Assembly: GCA_036517295.1 (NCBI GenBank)
Contig: DATDWZ010000014.1
Location: 1 to 52,235 of the forward strand
Direction of reading: 5' to 3'
From: Minisyncoccota bacterium
GTDB lineage: Bacteria > Patescibacteriota > Minisyncoccia > Phycocordibacterales > DATDWN01
Length of the DNA: 52,235 nucleotides
This document shows positions 33,823 to 44,189 of the stretch, piece after piece. Under the pieces are notes generated by a model. It was not told the DNA's origin. It ran no database searches and was given only the letters and a program-made list of their open reading frames with translations. The position numbers and the translations under genes are program-made. The first letter of the stretch is position 1; each line of letters begins with the position of its first letter.

Positions 33823-34110
33823 CGACCGGACTTGAACCGGCAACCTCTCCCGTGCACTTATTCATTATTTTCATAATGGCGTGGACTATATCTTCACCAT
33901 AGGATTACCCTTAGGTGCTTCGGTATCTAGTCTCTACGGCGCCCCAGCTCTAATTGTGTAATTAGGGCTGGGTTCCCTCGGTATTCGCATATCCTTCGTA
34001 TGAACTCAGGACTTAGCCTTCACCGATATCCCAAAGAGTTTCAATCTGCCGTTTCGACAGAAAGCTGCATATCTACAGGGGAGTGCTCTAACCAGTTGAG
34101 CTACGACCGC
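33817..34110 (-). tRNA. tRNA-Asp(GUC) interrupted by a group I intron
   Basis: The exons 34110-34075 and 33854-33817 join to a 74-nt cloverleaf with anticodon loop CTGTCAC, discriminator G and a short variable loop. Confidence 0.75.
33855..34074 (-). ncRNA. Group I intron (IC3-like, ORF-less), inserted between anticodon positions 35 and 36
   Basis: The core string GTAGAGACTAGA...CACCTAAGG...CTATGG closely matches the tRNA group I intron core as I remember it from Azoarcus and Anabaena. P1 is exon CTGT paired to GCAG with a U.G at the splice site. The intron ends in G. Confidence 0.72.
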
Positions 34111-34772
34111 ATTTCCTTATATCTCTCAAATACATCTTTCTTCCTTTTTAGGAATAACTTTGATGTACCTAGAGTATTATACATAAAATCGTATAATCTC
34201 AAAGAGTTATTGACACTGTACTGCAGACGGGAATAATTTCTTTTCGACTTATATATGCAGCCGCCCAACATGCCGAAACCAGCAAGTTCTATCTGCAATG
34301 TTCTCAAGAATTTATCAGAACCTGATGTAAACATGGTCATAATAGAAAAAATACTGTGTTTCCTGTCTTTTTTCATATCTCCAATCCACACATTCCCATC
34401 ACCATCAAAATAACCTCTGACAAAATTAGAAAAGTATTTTGTAGGAACATGAGAAATGGCCAGACTTTTTGTCTTTCTTTCATTAAAACCCAGCCTGCGC
34501 AGATCGTTACACATTTCAATACTACCTATCTGCATTCTCCACTGGTCCTTGTTTTTCCCCCTCCCTTTTCTAAAACTAATTTTATGTTCAGATTCTATAG
34601 TCTTTTTTATTTCTTCTACTAATCCCTCGTCAGTTATACTAATACACCAAAACTGCCCGCCACGCCTATTTACTGTGATATAACCATCCGCAGCGAAAAA
34701 TCCTAGTACGTAAGCCATATTAGATGACCATTTTTTGAAAAAACCTTTATTTACTGATTTAAATACTGGCAC
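34101..34772 (-). CDS. Double-motif LAGLIDADG homing endonuclease, free-standing
   Basis: Motifs LGFFAADGYI and VRGYFDGDGNV. The stop codon lies inside the first 10 nt of tRNA-Asp. Confidence 0.8.
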   Translation of the reverse strand: MPVFKSVNKGFFKKWSSNMAYVLGFFAADGYITVNRRGGQFWCISITDEGLVEEIKKTIESEHKISFRKGRGKNKDQWRMQIGSIEMCNDLRRLGFNERKTKSLAISHVPTKYFSNFVRGYFDGDGNVWIGDMKKDRKHSIFSIMTMFTSGSDKFLRTLQIELAGFGMLGGCIYKSKRNYSRLQYSVNNSLRLYDFMYNTLGTSKLFLKRKKDVFERYKEMRS

Positions 34773-34830
34773 CTATATATTATATAACGTGACAGGACAT
34801 TTATCTAGCCAGTTATTAACATTCCAATTG

Positions 34831-34901
34831 TGTCGATGGATGGAATCGAACCATCGTCTAAGGCTTATGAGTCCTCCGTTCTACCATTGAACTACACCGA
34901 C
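34831..34901 (-). tRNA. tRNA with CAU anticodon (Met or Ile2)
   Basis: Acceptor GTCGGTG/CATCGAC, loop CTCATAA, T-arm GATGG-TTCGATT-CCATC. Confidence 0.8.
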
Positions 34902-34982
34902 TAAAACATTTGTTTACAAATGTTCGTCCGTCCGCCAGTGTGACGGAGTAGGACAATATGAGAAATATAGCAGAAAAATACT

Positions 34983-35018
34983 AAAAACAAAAACCGCCAT
35001 ACAGCGGTTTTTGTTTTT
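34983..35018 (-). terminator. Bidirectional rho-independent terminator
   Basis: aaaaccgc-cataca-gcggtttt flanked by A and T runs. Confidence 0.65.
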
Positions 35019-35023
35019 ACATG

Positions 35024-35094
35024 TTGCGGAGCCACGATTTGCACGTGGGTCTGCAGGTTATGAGCCTACCGAGATACTACTTCTCTACTCCGCT
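35024..35094 (-). tRNA. tRNA with CAU anticodon and a mismatched 1:72 pair (possible initiator)
   Basis: The fold with T8/A9 in register gives A1 opposite A72. Anticodon stem GTAGG/CCTGC, loop CTCATAA. Confidence 0.7.
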
Positions 35095-35144
35095 ATTACG
35101 AGTAACGCCAAAAACAATATCACATTATACGAAGCAAATCAAAG

Positions 35145-36071
35145 TTATATTATCTGAAATTCCTGGAAAACACTCTGATATAGGCCTATAACCCTCTTGG
35201 CTTCGTGTTGGTTTAGTATAAACGACACACCTTCGTGGGCTATCTGATTTCTTACCTTGTGAGCTTCCCAGGCATTTTCAACGGTCAGGAAATCGCTTTT
35301 TTCTACAGCCTTCAGTTTGTCCCCTATCGACTCCCCAGGCAAAGCCATTTTCTCCAACATGTCACCAAGCATAATATCCGCTTCAAGTATGGCCAACCTC
35401 CAATCGTTTTCGTTCACCGATTCACTGTGGAATAATATTCTTTCCCATTGTGGATTCTTGTGTTCCGGCGATTTGATTTCTTCCGAAATATACATCAGTT
35501 CCGCTTCCGCCTTTATTAAACGGGATATTTTCCTGTACAGGAAAGCCACCCACCCCGCTAAGACAACAGATAACAGTATTATTCCGTACTTCAGGTATGA
35601 AATCAGACCGGCAAAAAACCGAATCGTCTTAACAAAGAAATTCGGTTCCGGCCCCGGTATGTAATCCAGATTATCTTCGGCAGCCCAACCCTCATCGCCA
35701 TTATCAAACTTTACATGCCAATATCTGACACCTCCGACATTTACCGGACCGCCAAGAATTTTTCCATGGACACCCTTTTTTAGAGTACCTATCTGCTTTC
35801 CCCCGGGAGCATCATACAAAGCTGTTCCGTCTTTCGATGTTATGACCCGGTCACCCACCTTTGGATTGGCTACGGAAGAGAGCGGTACTGTTTTTTCGGA
35901 AATCAAACCGGAAATTCCGCCGGCAAAAATACCGTTTTGACCAAACATACCTATAAACCCGTTCAACAAATACAGCAAAACAAGAATAGACAGTATAAAC
36001 CAAATAATTTCCACAAACGGGTCGGTTGATACTTTTTCCACCGGTTTGTCCGATTTCTTTTCTTCTGCCAT
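35145..36071 (-). CDS. Membrane protein with an SH3b-like domain
   Basis: Two TM regions; VGDRVI...GVRYWHVKFDNGDEGWAAEDNL resembles a bacterial SH3. Confidence 0.5.
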   Translation of the reverse strand: MAEEKKSDKPVEKVSTDPFVEIIWFILSILVLLYLLNGFIGMFGQNGIFAGGISGLISEKTVPLSSVANPKVGDRVITSKDGTALYDAPGGKQIGTLKKGVHGKILGGPVNVGGVRYWHVKFDNGDEGWAAEDNLDYIPGPEPNFFVKTIRFFAGLISYLKYGIILLSVVLAGWVAFLYRKISRLIKAEAELMYISEEIKSPEHKNPQWERILFHSESVNENDWRLAILEADIMLGDMLEKMALPGESIGDKLKAVEKSDFLTVENAWEAHKVRNQIAHEGVSFILNQHEAKRVIGLYQSVFQEFQII

Positions 36072-36234
36072 GGTTGATTTTTAATGAACGAAGTGAATAT
36101 TAAAATCACCACCGAGCACCACTTCGTCGGATAGTCTTATTATACTCAATATAGCTTGTTATTAAAAGTTAAAATGGACGAGGCAATAACAAAAAGTGGT
36201 GCTTCGGTGAGGAAATATATAGTCACTTCGCTCC

Positions 36235-37659
36235 TTATATTTCTCTCAAAAACTTTTTACCAACTTCAAAAAGCAGGTCTTCCTTTCCGTGCGAAGCCAT
36301 GAACTGAACTCCTAAGGGTAGTTTCTTACCGCCAACATCCGTGAACCCAGATGGTATAGAAATCGCAGGTAAACCAACTATATTGGCCGTAACCGTGAAA
36401 ATATCTTCCAGGTACATGGACAGCGGGTCACTTTTCTCCCCTATTTTCCAAGCCGGTGCGGGGGTAGTTGGAGTTAATATAAGAGAAACATCCGAAAATA
36501 TTTTATTAAATTCATTCTTTAAACTCACCCTGGCTTTCTGCGCCTTACCATAATACGCATCGTAGTATCCGGCGGATAATACATATGTCCCAAGAAGAAT
36601 TCTTCTACGCGCCTCTTTACCAAATCCCTGTCCACGAGTCATAGTGTAATCTTCCAAAAGATTTTTCCCATCGGCATGAAAGCCATACTTCACCCCGTCA
36701 AAACGGGCAAGGTTCGATGATACTTCGGCAAAGTTGATTATGTAATACAAAGCCAAACAATTTGGTAATTTTATATCTTTGATTTCATACCCAAGAGATT
36801 CAAGTTTTTTTACGACCTCTTTAAAATTATTTTTAACATCTACATCGATTCCTTCTCCGTTTACGAGACCCCACGGCACACCAATCACTTTATAAACTTT
36901 TGACTTTTGATTTTTGACTTTTTCATATGTCTCATCTGTTATTGTCGTACTATCCATATTATCCGTCCCTTGTATTACCTGAAAAATAATCTCCGCATCT
37001 TCAACGGTCTTACCAATCGGACCTATCTGGTCAAACGATGATGTGGCCGCAATAAGACCATACCGTGAAACACGACCGTATGTGGGTTTCAATCCAACCA
37101 CCCCGCAAAAGGACGATGGTTGACGCACGGAGCCTCCCGTATCAGACCCCAAGGCACCAAGGGCCATCCCACTCGACACAGCACAAGCAGACCCGCCGGA
37201 TGTTCCACCGGATACCCTTTCGACATCGTGAGGATTTCTAGTAACACCAAAGACAGAGTTTTCTGTTGAACTTCCGAGGGCAAATTCATCCATGTTGGTT
37301 CTTCCGAGAAAAACCGCACCCTGTGACTTCAGTTTCTCTATAACCGTCGCATCATAAGGGGAAATATAACCTTCCAAGATTTTCGACCCGGATGTTGATT
37401 GCTTACCCTTAACAACCATATTATCTTTCAAGGCCAAGGGAATTCCGAGAAGAGGCAGGGATTCTCCTTTTGCAATCCTCTCATCAGCCTTTCCGGCCTG
37501 CTCCAACACATCCGAATAAACTTCGAGGTACGCGTTTAACTCTTTATTTTTCTTCTCTATCTGGTCAAGATATGCTTTGGTCAAATCAACAGCGGAAAAC
37601 TCTTTAGCATCAAGCTTTTTACGAGCAACAGCGATCGTGAGTGTTGAGAGATCGATCAT
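36235..37659 (-). CDS. gatA: Glu/Asp-tRNA amidotransferase subunit A
   Basis: Amidase signature GGTSGGSACAV...GSDTGGSVRQP. Confidence 0.95.
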   Translation of the reverse strand: MIDLSTLTIAVARKKLDAKEFSAVDLTKAYLDQIEKKNKELNAYLEVYSDVLEQAGKADERIAKGESLPLLGIPLALKDNMVVKGKQSTSGSKILEGYISPYDATVIEKLKSQGAVFLGRTNMDEFALGSSTENSVFGVTRNPHDVERVSGGTSGGSACAVSSGMALGALGSDTGGSVRQPSSFCGVVGLKPTYGRVSRYGLIAATSSFDQIGPIGKTVEDAEIIFQVIQGTDNMDSTTITDETYEKVKNQKSKVYKVIGVPWGLVNGEGIDVDVKNNFKEVVKKLESLGYEIKDIKLPNCLALYYIINFAEVSSNLARFDGVKYGFHADGKNLLEDYTMTRGQGFGKEARRRILLGTYVLSAGYYDAYYGKAQKARVSLKNEFNKIFSDVSLILTPTTPAPAWKIGEKSDPLSMYLEDIFTVTANIVGLPAISIPSGFTDVGGKKLPLGVQFMASHGKEDLLFEVGKKFLREI

Positions 37660-37766
37660 CCCAGTATTAAAATTTTAAATTGTTTATAATATGTTCTCAT
37701 TTCATTCCTCTTTCTAATTATACTTCATTGAAATAATATTTACTCAAAAATTTAATATGGGACAGG

Positions 37767-38045
37767 TTATAGTATTTTTTTAACTTTGAGGAGATTCTTT
37801 TCTCGGGCCGGAGCATTGGATAAGAGGTCTTCCGTGTACTGACCGGGCTGGTGCGTCACAGAATCTTCCCGCATGACGTTTCGAAGAACCGGTATCTCGC
37901 TTTTATCACTCGTCGGCATAGTCTCGATCTGACTTACATAACCCAAAATAGAGTCGACCTCTTTTGTCAAACTTTCCGCTTCACTATCCTCGATCTCGAG
38001 ACGGGCAAGATCAGCCAAATTTTTTATATCTTCTCTTGTGATCAT
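37767..38045 (-). CDS. gatC: Glu/Asp-tRNA amidotransferase subunit C
   Basis: 92 aa; IKNLADLARLEI...ILGYV pattern; upstream of gatA. Confidence 0.85.
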   Translation of the reverse strand: MITREDIKNLADLARLEIEDSEAESLTKEVDSILGYVSQIETMPTSDKSEIPVLRNVMREDSVTHQPGQYTEDLLSNAPAREKNLLKVKKIL

Positions 38046-38137
38046 AATTTTATACTCATAAATAGTAGCACTTTTTCTGAAACTTATTTGATTGACTTAT
38101 AATATGAAATGTAGTTTAATCCACTTGGGAGAGATTA

Positions 38138-38485
38138 ATGGAAAATAGAGAAGCATTGGTTGACGTTCTGAACAAGGGGCGGCTGGCTATCCGTAAAACC
38201 CAGTCCGATATAGCCAAGGAATTGGGCGTGAAGGTCTCGACGGTGCGACACTGGGAGTACCGAGACAATCCGGCCCTTCCGCCCGAAGGAATGCTCCTTC
38301 TCATCGCCTGGGTCTACAGAGTGGGCCTGGACGAACTCACGGCTGCTTGGGAAATGGCCAGGCGAGCCTTCGCGAGAAGGAAAGAGGCCCGAAGGACCCT
38401 GAGAGAAAGAAGGGGTCCGAATCGCAGTTACGGCATATTCGGAAGACCGGCAAGTCGTCGGGCTGACTGTAGAAGTTTTCATTAA
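38138..38485 (+). CDS. GC-rich XRE-type HTH protein with an Arg-rich tail
   Basis: IRKTQSDIAKELGVKVSTVRHWE HTH; SD GGGAGAG upstream; composition clearly more GC-rich than the flanks. Confidence 0.6.
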   Translation: MENREALVDVLNKGRLAIRKTQSDIAKELGVKVSTVRHWEYRDNPALPPEGMLLLIAWVYRVGLDELTAAWEMARRAFARRKEARRTLRERRGPNRSYGIFGRPASRRADCRSFH

Positions 38486-38488
38486 GCG

Positions 38489-40540
<2,052 letters not shown>

Positions 40541-40542
40541 CA

Positions 40543-41058
40543 TTAATATACCAATGTTACTCCTCTTTCATAACGACGCTGGGCTGATGTGTCACAGGTG
40601 TTATACCCCCTCGAATCTATAGTGGTCACCCCACCGGATTTTGTCACTCTTACTATCGCGCAACCTTTGGTGAAATCTATTTCAAAAATGCTTGGAGTTG
40701 CTCCTCCGATAACGGCCGATTGGGACGGAATAGTATTTACCGTATCCGGATTACCGACGCCTATAGTCTGCCCACTGCAAGTAATAGTACCAGGCGTGGA
40801 AGTGTCAAAGGCTGAGAGGCTGGGATCTTTTAGGTCCCAGTAAACAGCACATTCCGTACCTCCATCAGCGGCATAAAAGGCATATTGGGATTCATGAGCA
40901 GCCGATGCTAACAAAAGCTGCCCTAAAGAGACATTAACCACCACAAAACTGACAATCAAAAGCATTGAGGTTGTGATAATGGATATCAAAAGTGTAAAAC
41001 CGGCGTTTGAAACAAACTTCCTCCCGCTCAATATTTTTTTATTTTCTGCTATTTTCAT
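40543..41058 (-). CDS. PilX-like / pseudopilin-like pilus protein
   Basis: N-terminal GFTLLISIITTSMLL hydrophobic helix without E5. Located in the pilin cluster. Confidence 0.5.
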   Translation of the reverse strand: MKIAENKKILSGRKFVSNAGFTLLISIITTSMLLIVSFVVVNVSLGQLLLASAAHESQYAFYAADGGTECAVYWDLKDPSLSAFDTSTPGTITCSGQTIGVGNPDTVNTIPSQSAVIGGATPSIFEIDFTKGCAIVRVTKSGGVTTIDSRGYNTCDTSAQRRYERGVTLVY

Positions 41059-41065
41059 GATATTC

Positions 41066-41097
41066 AATTTTAAATTTAAAATTTTAAATTTAAAATT
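41066..41097. repeat. R3 AT palindrome, copy b
   Basis: Identical 32-mer to copy a, again just upstream of a start codon. Confidence 0.85.
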
Positions 41098-41104
41098 ATT
41101 TTGA

Positions 41105-41668
41105 TTATTGGTGGTTAAACAGTGTTTCTACTGCCTGAAAATATCTCGATCCCGCCCTACTGGTCCAGCTTACGGAAATAACCACACTGGCTTCATCAGC
41201 AGAAATTTGTTGCAGTTGTATTTCCCTTTTAAAATTGGTGACGGCCCAGCCACTGTTATAACCGTATAATCCGGTAACCGGGTCCTGTCTTATATTCGGG
41301 CATAGGTTTGGGGGTGAACCGGTTATTGAAGCCGAGCCACATGAAGTAACAGTCTTCAGGGGTGAATCTATTTCACAAACCTTACCAAAATAGCATGGGT
41401 CGGAAGCGGAACCGGATATACTTGCAAGCCAGTTCACTGTAGTGCCATCCACTGAATGTAAGCCATTTTCGTCTCGTATATTTTTGATAAACTCTATCGC
41501 CTCCTGGGATAGATTGAAAGCGATAGTCTGATCCTTTGCGATAGTGGAGTTCTGGATACCACTCTGAACCGCCGTAAAAGTGGCGGCTATGGATAGAGAT
41601 AGTATGCTTATGGCAACCAAAGCCTCTACTAGGGTAAAGCCTTTGTTATGCGGAATTGTAAACTTCAT
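41105..41668 (-). CDS. Type IV minor pilin (prepilin-type N-terminal methylation domain)
   Basis: KGFTLVEALVAISILS. Confidence 0.8.
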   Translation of the reverse strand: MKFTIPHNKGFTLVEALVAISILSLSIAATFTAVQSGIQNSTIAKDQTIAFNLSQEAIEFIKNIRDENGLHSVDGTTVNWLASISGSASDPCYFGKVCEIDSPLKTVTSCGSASITGSPPNLCPNIRQDPVTGLYGYNSGWAVTNFKREIQLQQISADEASVVISVSWTSRAGSRYFQAVETLFNHQ

Positions 41669-41820
41669 ATTTACCCTCATTATACTATAAAACACGAATT
41701 GTAGAACTCCCAGATTTGGATGCAGTTTGAGGAAGAAGAAAAAAATAATTTGAGCCTTACAATGGTAAGGTGAAAATTATTTTTTGAATTCTGACAAAAA
41801 ATGCGCCGAATCTGAGAGTT

Positions 41821-42375
41821 CTATTGGGAATCAAACATTCGTTGAGACACCGTAGTCTCCAAGGTAAACGAAGATTGTGTTGTCGCTTTTGTTCCAGAAT
41901 ATCCACTAACCGAAATTATAACTTGCGGTTGATATAAATCTGCGCCGTTATTATATAAAGGCGAACCAAAAACTCTGAAGCCGAGTGAGCTTATGGTGAC
42001 ATCACTCGATGTTAGAAAATAATCAGCTCCTCCGTCTATAGATCGAGCAATACGGCCGTTAGTTAATTTATATATTATCCTTTTTCCATCAGAAGCTTTG
42101 ATCGCTATAGACGACGCTCCGGTGGCACAATCCCTAGGTACGGTTGTATCACCCTGGGTTATATCGCAATGATAACTGTTACCAAAGCGAATACTCCTGG
42201 TCATTACCTCCAGAGTAAAATTAAGGTTGTCCATGACCGTTCTTATAGTCTGTGATTTCTGATTGGCGTCAAAAACGCTGACGATTGAACCCATGCTTAT
42301 AACCATAATCAACGCAAAAAGAGAAACTGAGACTATCAGTTCTACCAGAGTAAACCCGGACACCAACTTTGGCAT
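41821..42375 (-). CDS. Type IV pilin-like protein (the ORF is open a further 51 codons upstream, to 42528)
   Basis: MPKLVSGFTLVELIVSVSLF canonical prepilin start. Confidence 0.75.
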   Translation of the reverse strand: MPKLVSGFTLVELIVSVSLFALIMVISMGSIVSVFDANQKSQTIRTVMDNLNFTLEVMTRSIRFGNSYHCDITQGDTTVPRDCATGASSIAIKASDGKRIIYKLTNGRIARSIDGGADYFLTSSDVTISSLGFRVFGSPLYNNGADLYQPQVIISVSGYSGTKATTQSSFTLETTVSQRMFDSQ

Positions 42376-42552
42376 TGTGTTTTTATTGCGACGAAATAAC
42401 ATCAGTGTATAAAAAATATCTTTCATTCTGACAAAGACTAATTCTATCTTATCGAAAACACTTCGCAATAACGCCAGAGTTGGTGTGCGGGTAAACCCCT
42501 TTTTGTGTTTGGAAATACCACGAATCATCTTTATTTTTATTATACTACAAAA

Positions 42553-43149
42553 CTAGTTAGCCAATATCTGCCCGGTGCTTTCGATAATTATGGTAGCAGT
42601 CTTACCTTTCGAAGAAGTGAGAATAACTTTACCCGTCAAACTGGGGCCGGCTTTGATTTGCCCACCATTGTTCATAAAATAAATACTTGCATCGGGGTTT
42701 GGCCGAAGAAATGTAACATCCATCGTCCTGACACTTGCTTCTGGAGGACAAGAACTTTGGTCACAGATACCTGTAATCTGTATGTTATTTCTTAGAATAA
42801 ATTTCTTAATACACTCCGTGTTTCCGCTACCGCAACCACTGCCGACGGTGTACTTTTTATCCCCGTTAATATCAGCAAATATGTAATAAGCTTCAGGATC
42901 GTTGTTGGGGTCAAAATGAACTCCATAAGCTGAGCCGAATTGACCACCGCCCGGGATAACTTCTCTCACGGTAAGACCGTAGGCCTGAGCCTGACGGATA
43001 GAGATAGTCATTTCTTGTTCGGCGGCATTTAGAGACAAGCTGTCCGTAAAAAAGGAGTAATTAAAAAGTATAACCGCCATGATAAGGCCGGCAATGGTAA
43101 CAGAAACCAACATCTCGATTAGGGTAAACCCGGACACCAAATTTGGCAT
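42553..43149 (-). CDS. Type IV pilin-like protein (the ORF is open a further 48 codons upstream, to 43293)
   Basis: MPNLVSGFTLIEMLVSVTIA canonical prepilin start. Confidence 0.75.
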   Translation of the reverse strand: MPNLVSGFTLIEMLVSVTIAGLIMAVILFNYSFFTDSLSLNAAEQEMTISIRQAQAYGLTVREVIPGGGQFGSAYGVHFDPNNDPEAYYIFADINGDKKYTVGSGCGSGNTECIKKFILRNNIQITGICDQSSCPPEASVRTMDVTFLRPNPDASIYFMNNGGQIKAGPSLTGKVILTSSKGKTATIIIESTGQILAN

Positions 43150-43296
43150 GGTGTTTTTACTGCGACCGGAAATCGCCGATGTATAAATAATATTCCTAAT
43201 TGTTACATATATTGAGATAATTTTATTAAAAACACTTCGCAGTAATGCCAAACTTGGTGTGCGGGTAAAACCACGATTTAATCTTTTAGACATATT

Positions 43297-44160
43297 TTAA
43301 TAAAGAAGGCTTAAGAACTTATCGATGCCAAGAATATCTATTTGGTTTATAAAGACAAAAATCGTGGCTAAAACAAGAAAGGGGGCGAAGGGAACCTCGG
43401 TGCGGAGTCCGACCTTTCCTCCTCGTCTTTTATTCAGTCTAGAATACAAAAGGAGACAAATGCTCCAAAAAGCGCCGACCCAGAAAGCCAGAACCACCGC
43501 CCCAACGCCAAATGTGAACCCTAGAAGCGCGCCTATGCCAAAAACCAGTTTGGCATCTCCCAAACCAATCCATTTACCGTCTGAAAGAAACCACAACAGC
43601 GCAAAGGGTATGAACAAGGCAAACGGAGCGAAGAGGTCAAAGAAATCCATAGTAGTCAAAGGAGAGTGAATCGCGTATCTGCAATATACGAAAAGCAACA
43701 ATTTCAAAAAACCTAATCCTATGAACCAATAAACCAACTTGTTAGGGATTATTTTGTGACGAATGTCGTAAATAGTTATAACTAAAAGCAAACTGAATAT
43801 AAATGCGTAATATATGGAGAAGAGAACGGAATACAACATGCCATACTCAAAAAGACTATAGGTCGGCCACAGACGAACAATACGCAGGACTATCCCCATA
43901 AATATGAGTCCGGTCAAAACCTCCACAGTCACATACTGCCAAGATATTTTGCTTTTACATGTGCGACACTTACCTCGAAGAAAAAAGAAGGAGAGTATCG
44001 GGATGAGTTCGTACCATTTGAGTTTGGTGGCACAAACAAAACACTTGGAGCGACCACGGGAAGAAGACAGGCCGGTATTGTAGCGGAGACTTACGACATT
44101 TATGAAACTACCGACAAAAGCGCCGAAGACAAACACAAAAAATAAATCGAGCCAATCCAT
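43297..44160 (-). CDS. pilD: Prepilin peptidase (A24 family)
   Basis: N-terminal CxxC...CxxC and multi-TM A24 topology with a GLGDAKL motif. Confidence 0.85.
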   Translation of the reverse strand: MDWLDLFFVFVFGAFVGSFINVVSLRYNTGLSSSRGRSKCFVCATKLKWYELIPILSFFFLRGKCRTCKSKISWQYVTVEVLTGLIFMGIVLRIVRLWPTYSLFEYGMLYSVLFSIYYAFIFSLLLVITIYDIRHKIIPNKLVYWFIGLGFLKLLLFVYCRYAIHSPLTTMDFFDLFAPFALFIPFALLWFLSDGKWIGLGDAKLVFGIGALLGFTFGVGAVVLAFWVGAFWSICLLLYSRLNKRRGGKVGLRTEVPFAPFLVLATIFVFINQIDILGIDKFLSLLY

Positions 44161-44189
44161 ACACACATTATACAACTAAAAATCCAAAA

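Noticed and set aside
33817-34110. Reading the split tRNA as tRNA-Tyr(GUA) with a canonical 37/38 intron
   Set aside because: It lacks the long variable arm of bacterial tRNA-Tyr. The discriminator is G rather than A, and position 37 would be G. P1 pairing and the U.G rule place the 5' splice site after CTGT, which gives an Asp loop. An Ala(UGC) alternative was rejected because there is no G3.U70 pair.
38135-38482. 115-aa minus-strand ORF opposite the GC-rich HTH gene
   Set aside because: The plus-strand frame has a clear XRE-type HTH and an SD-ATG. The minus-strand frame is Ser/Pro/Arg-rich without motifs and is open only because of the GC richness.
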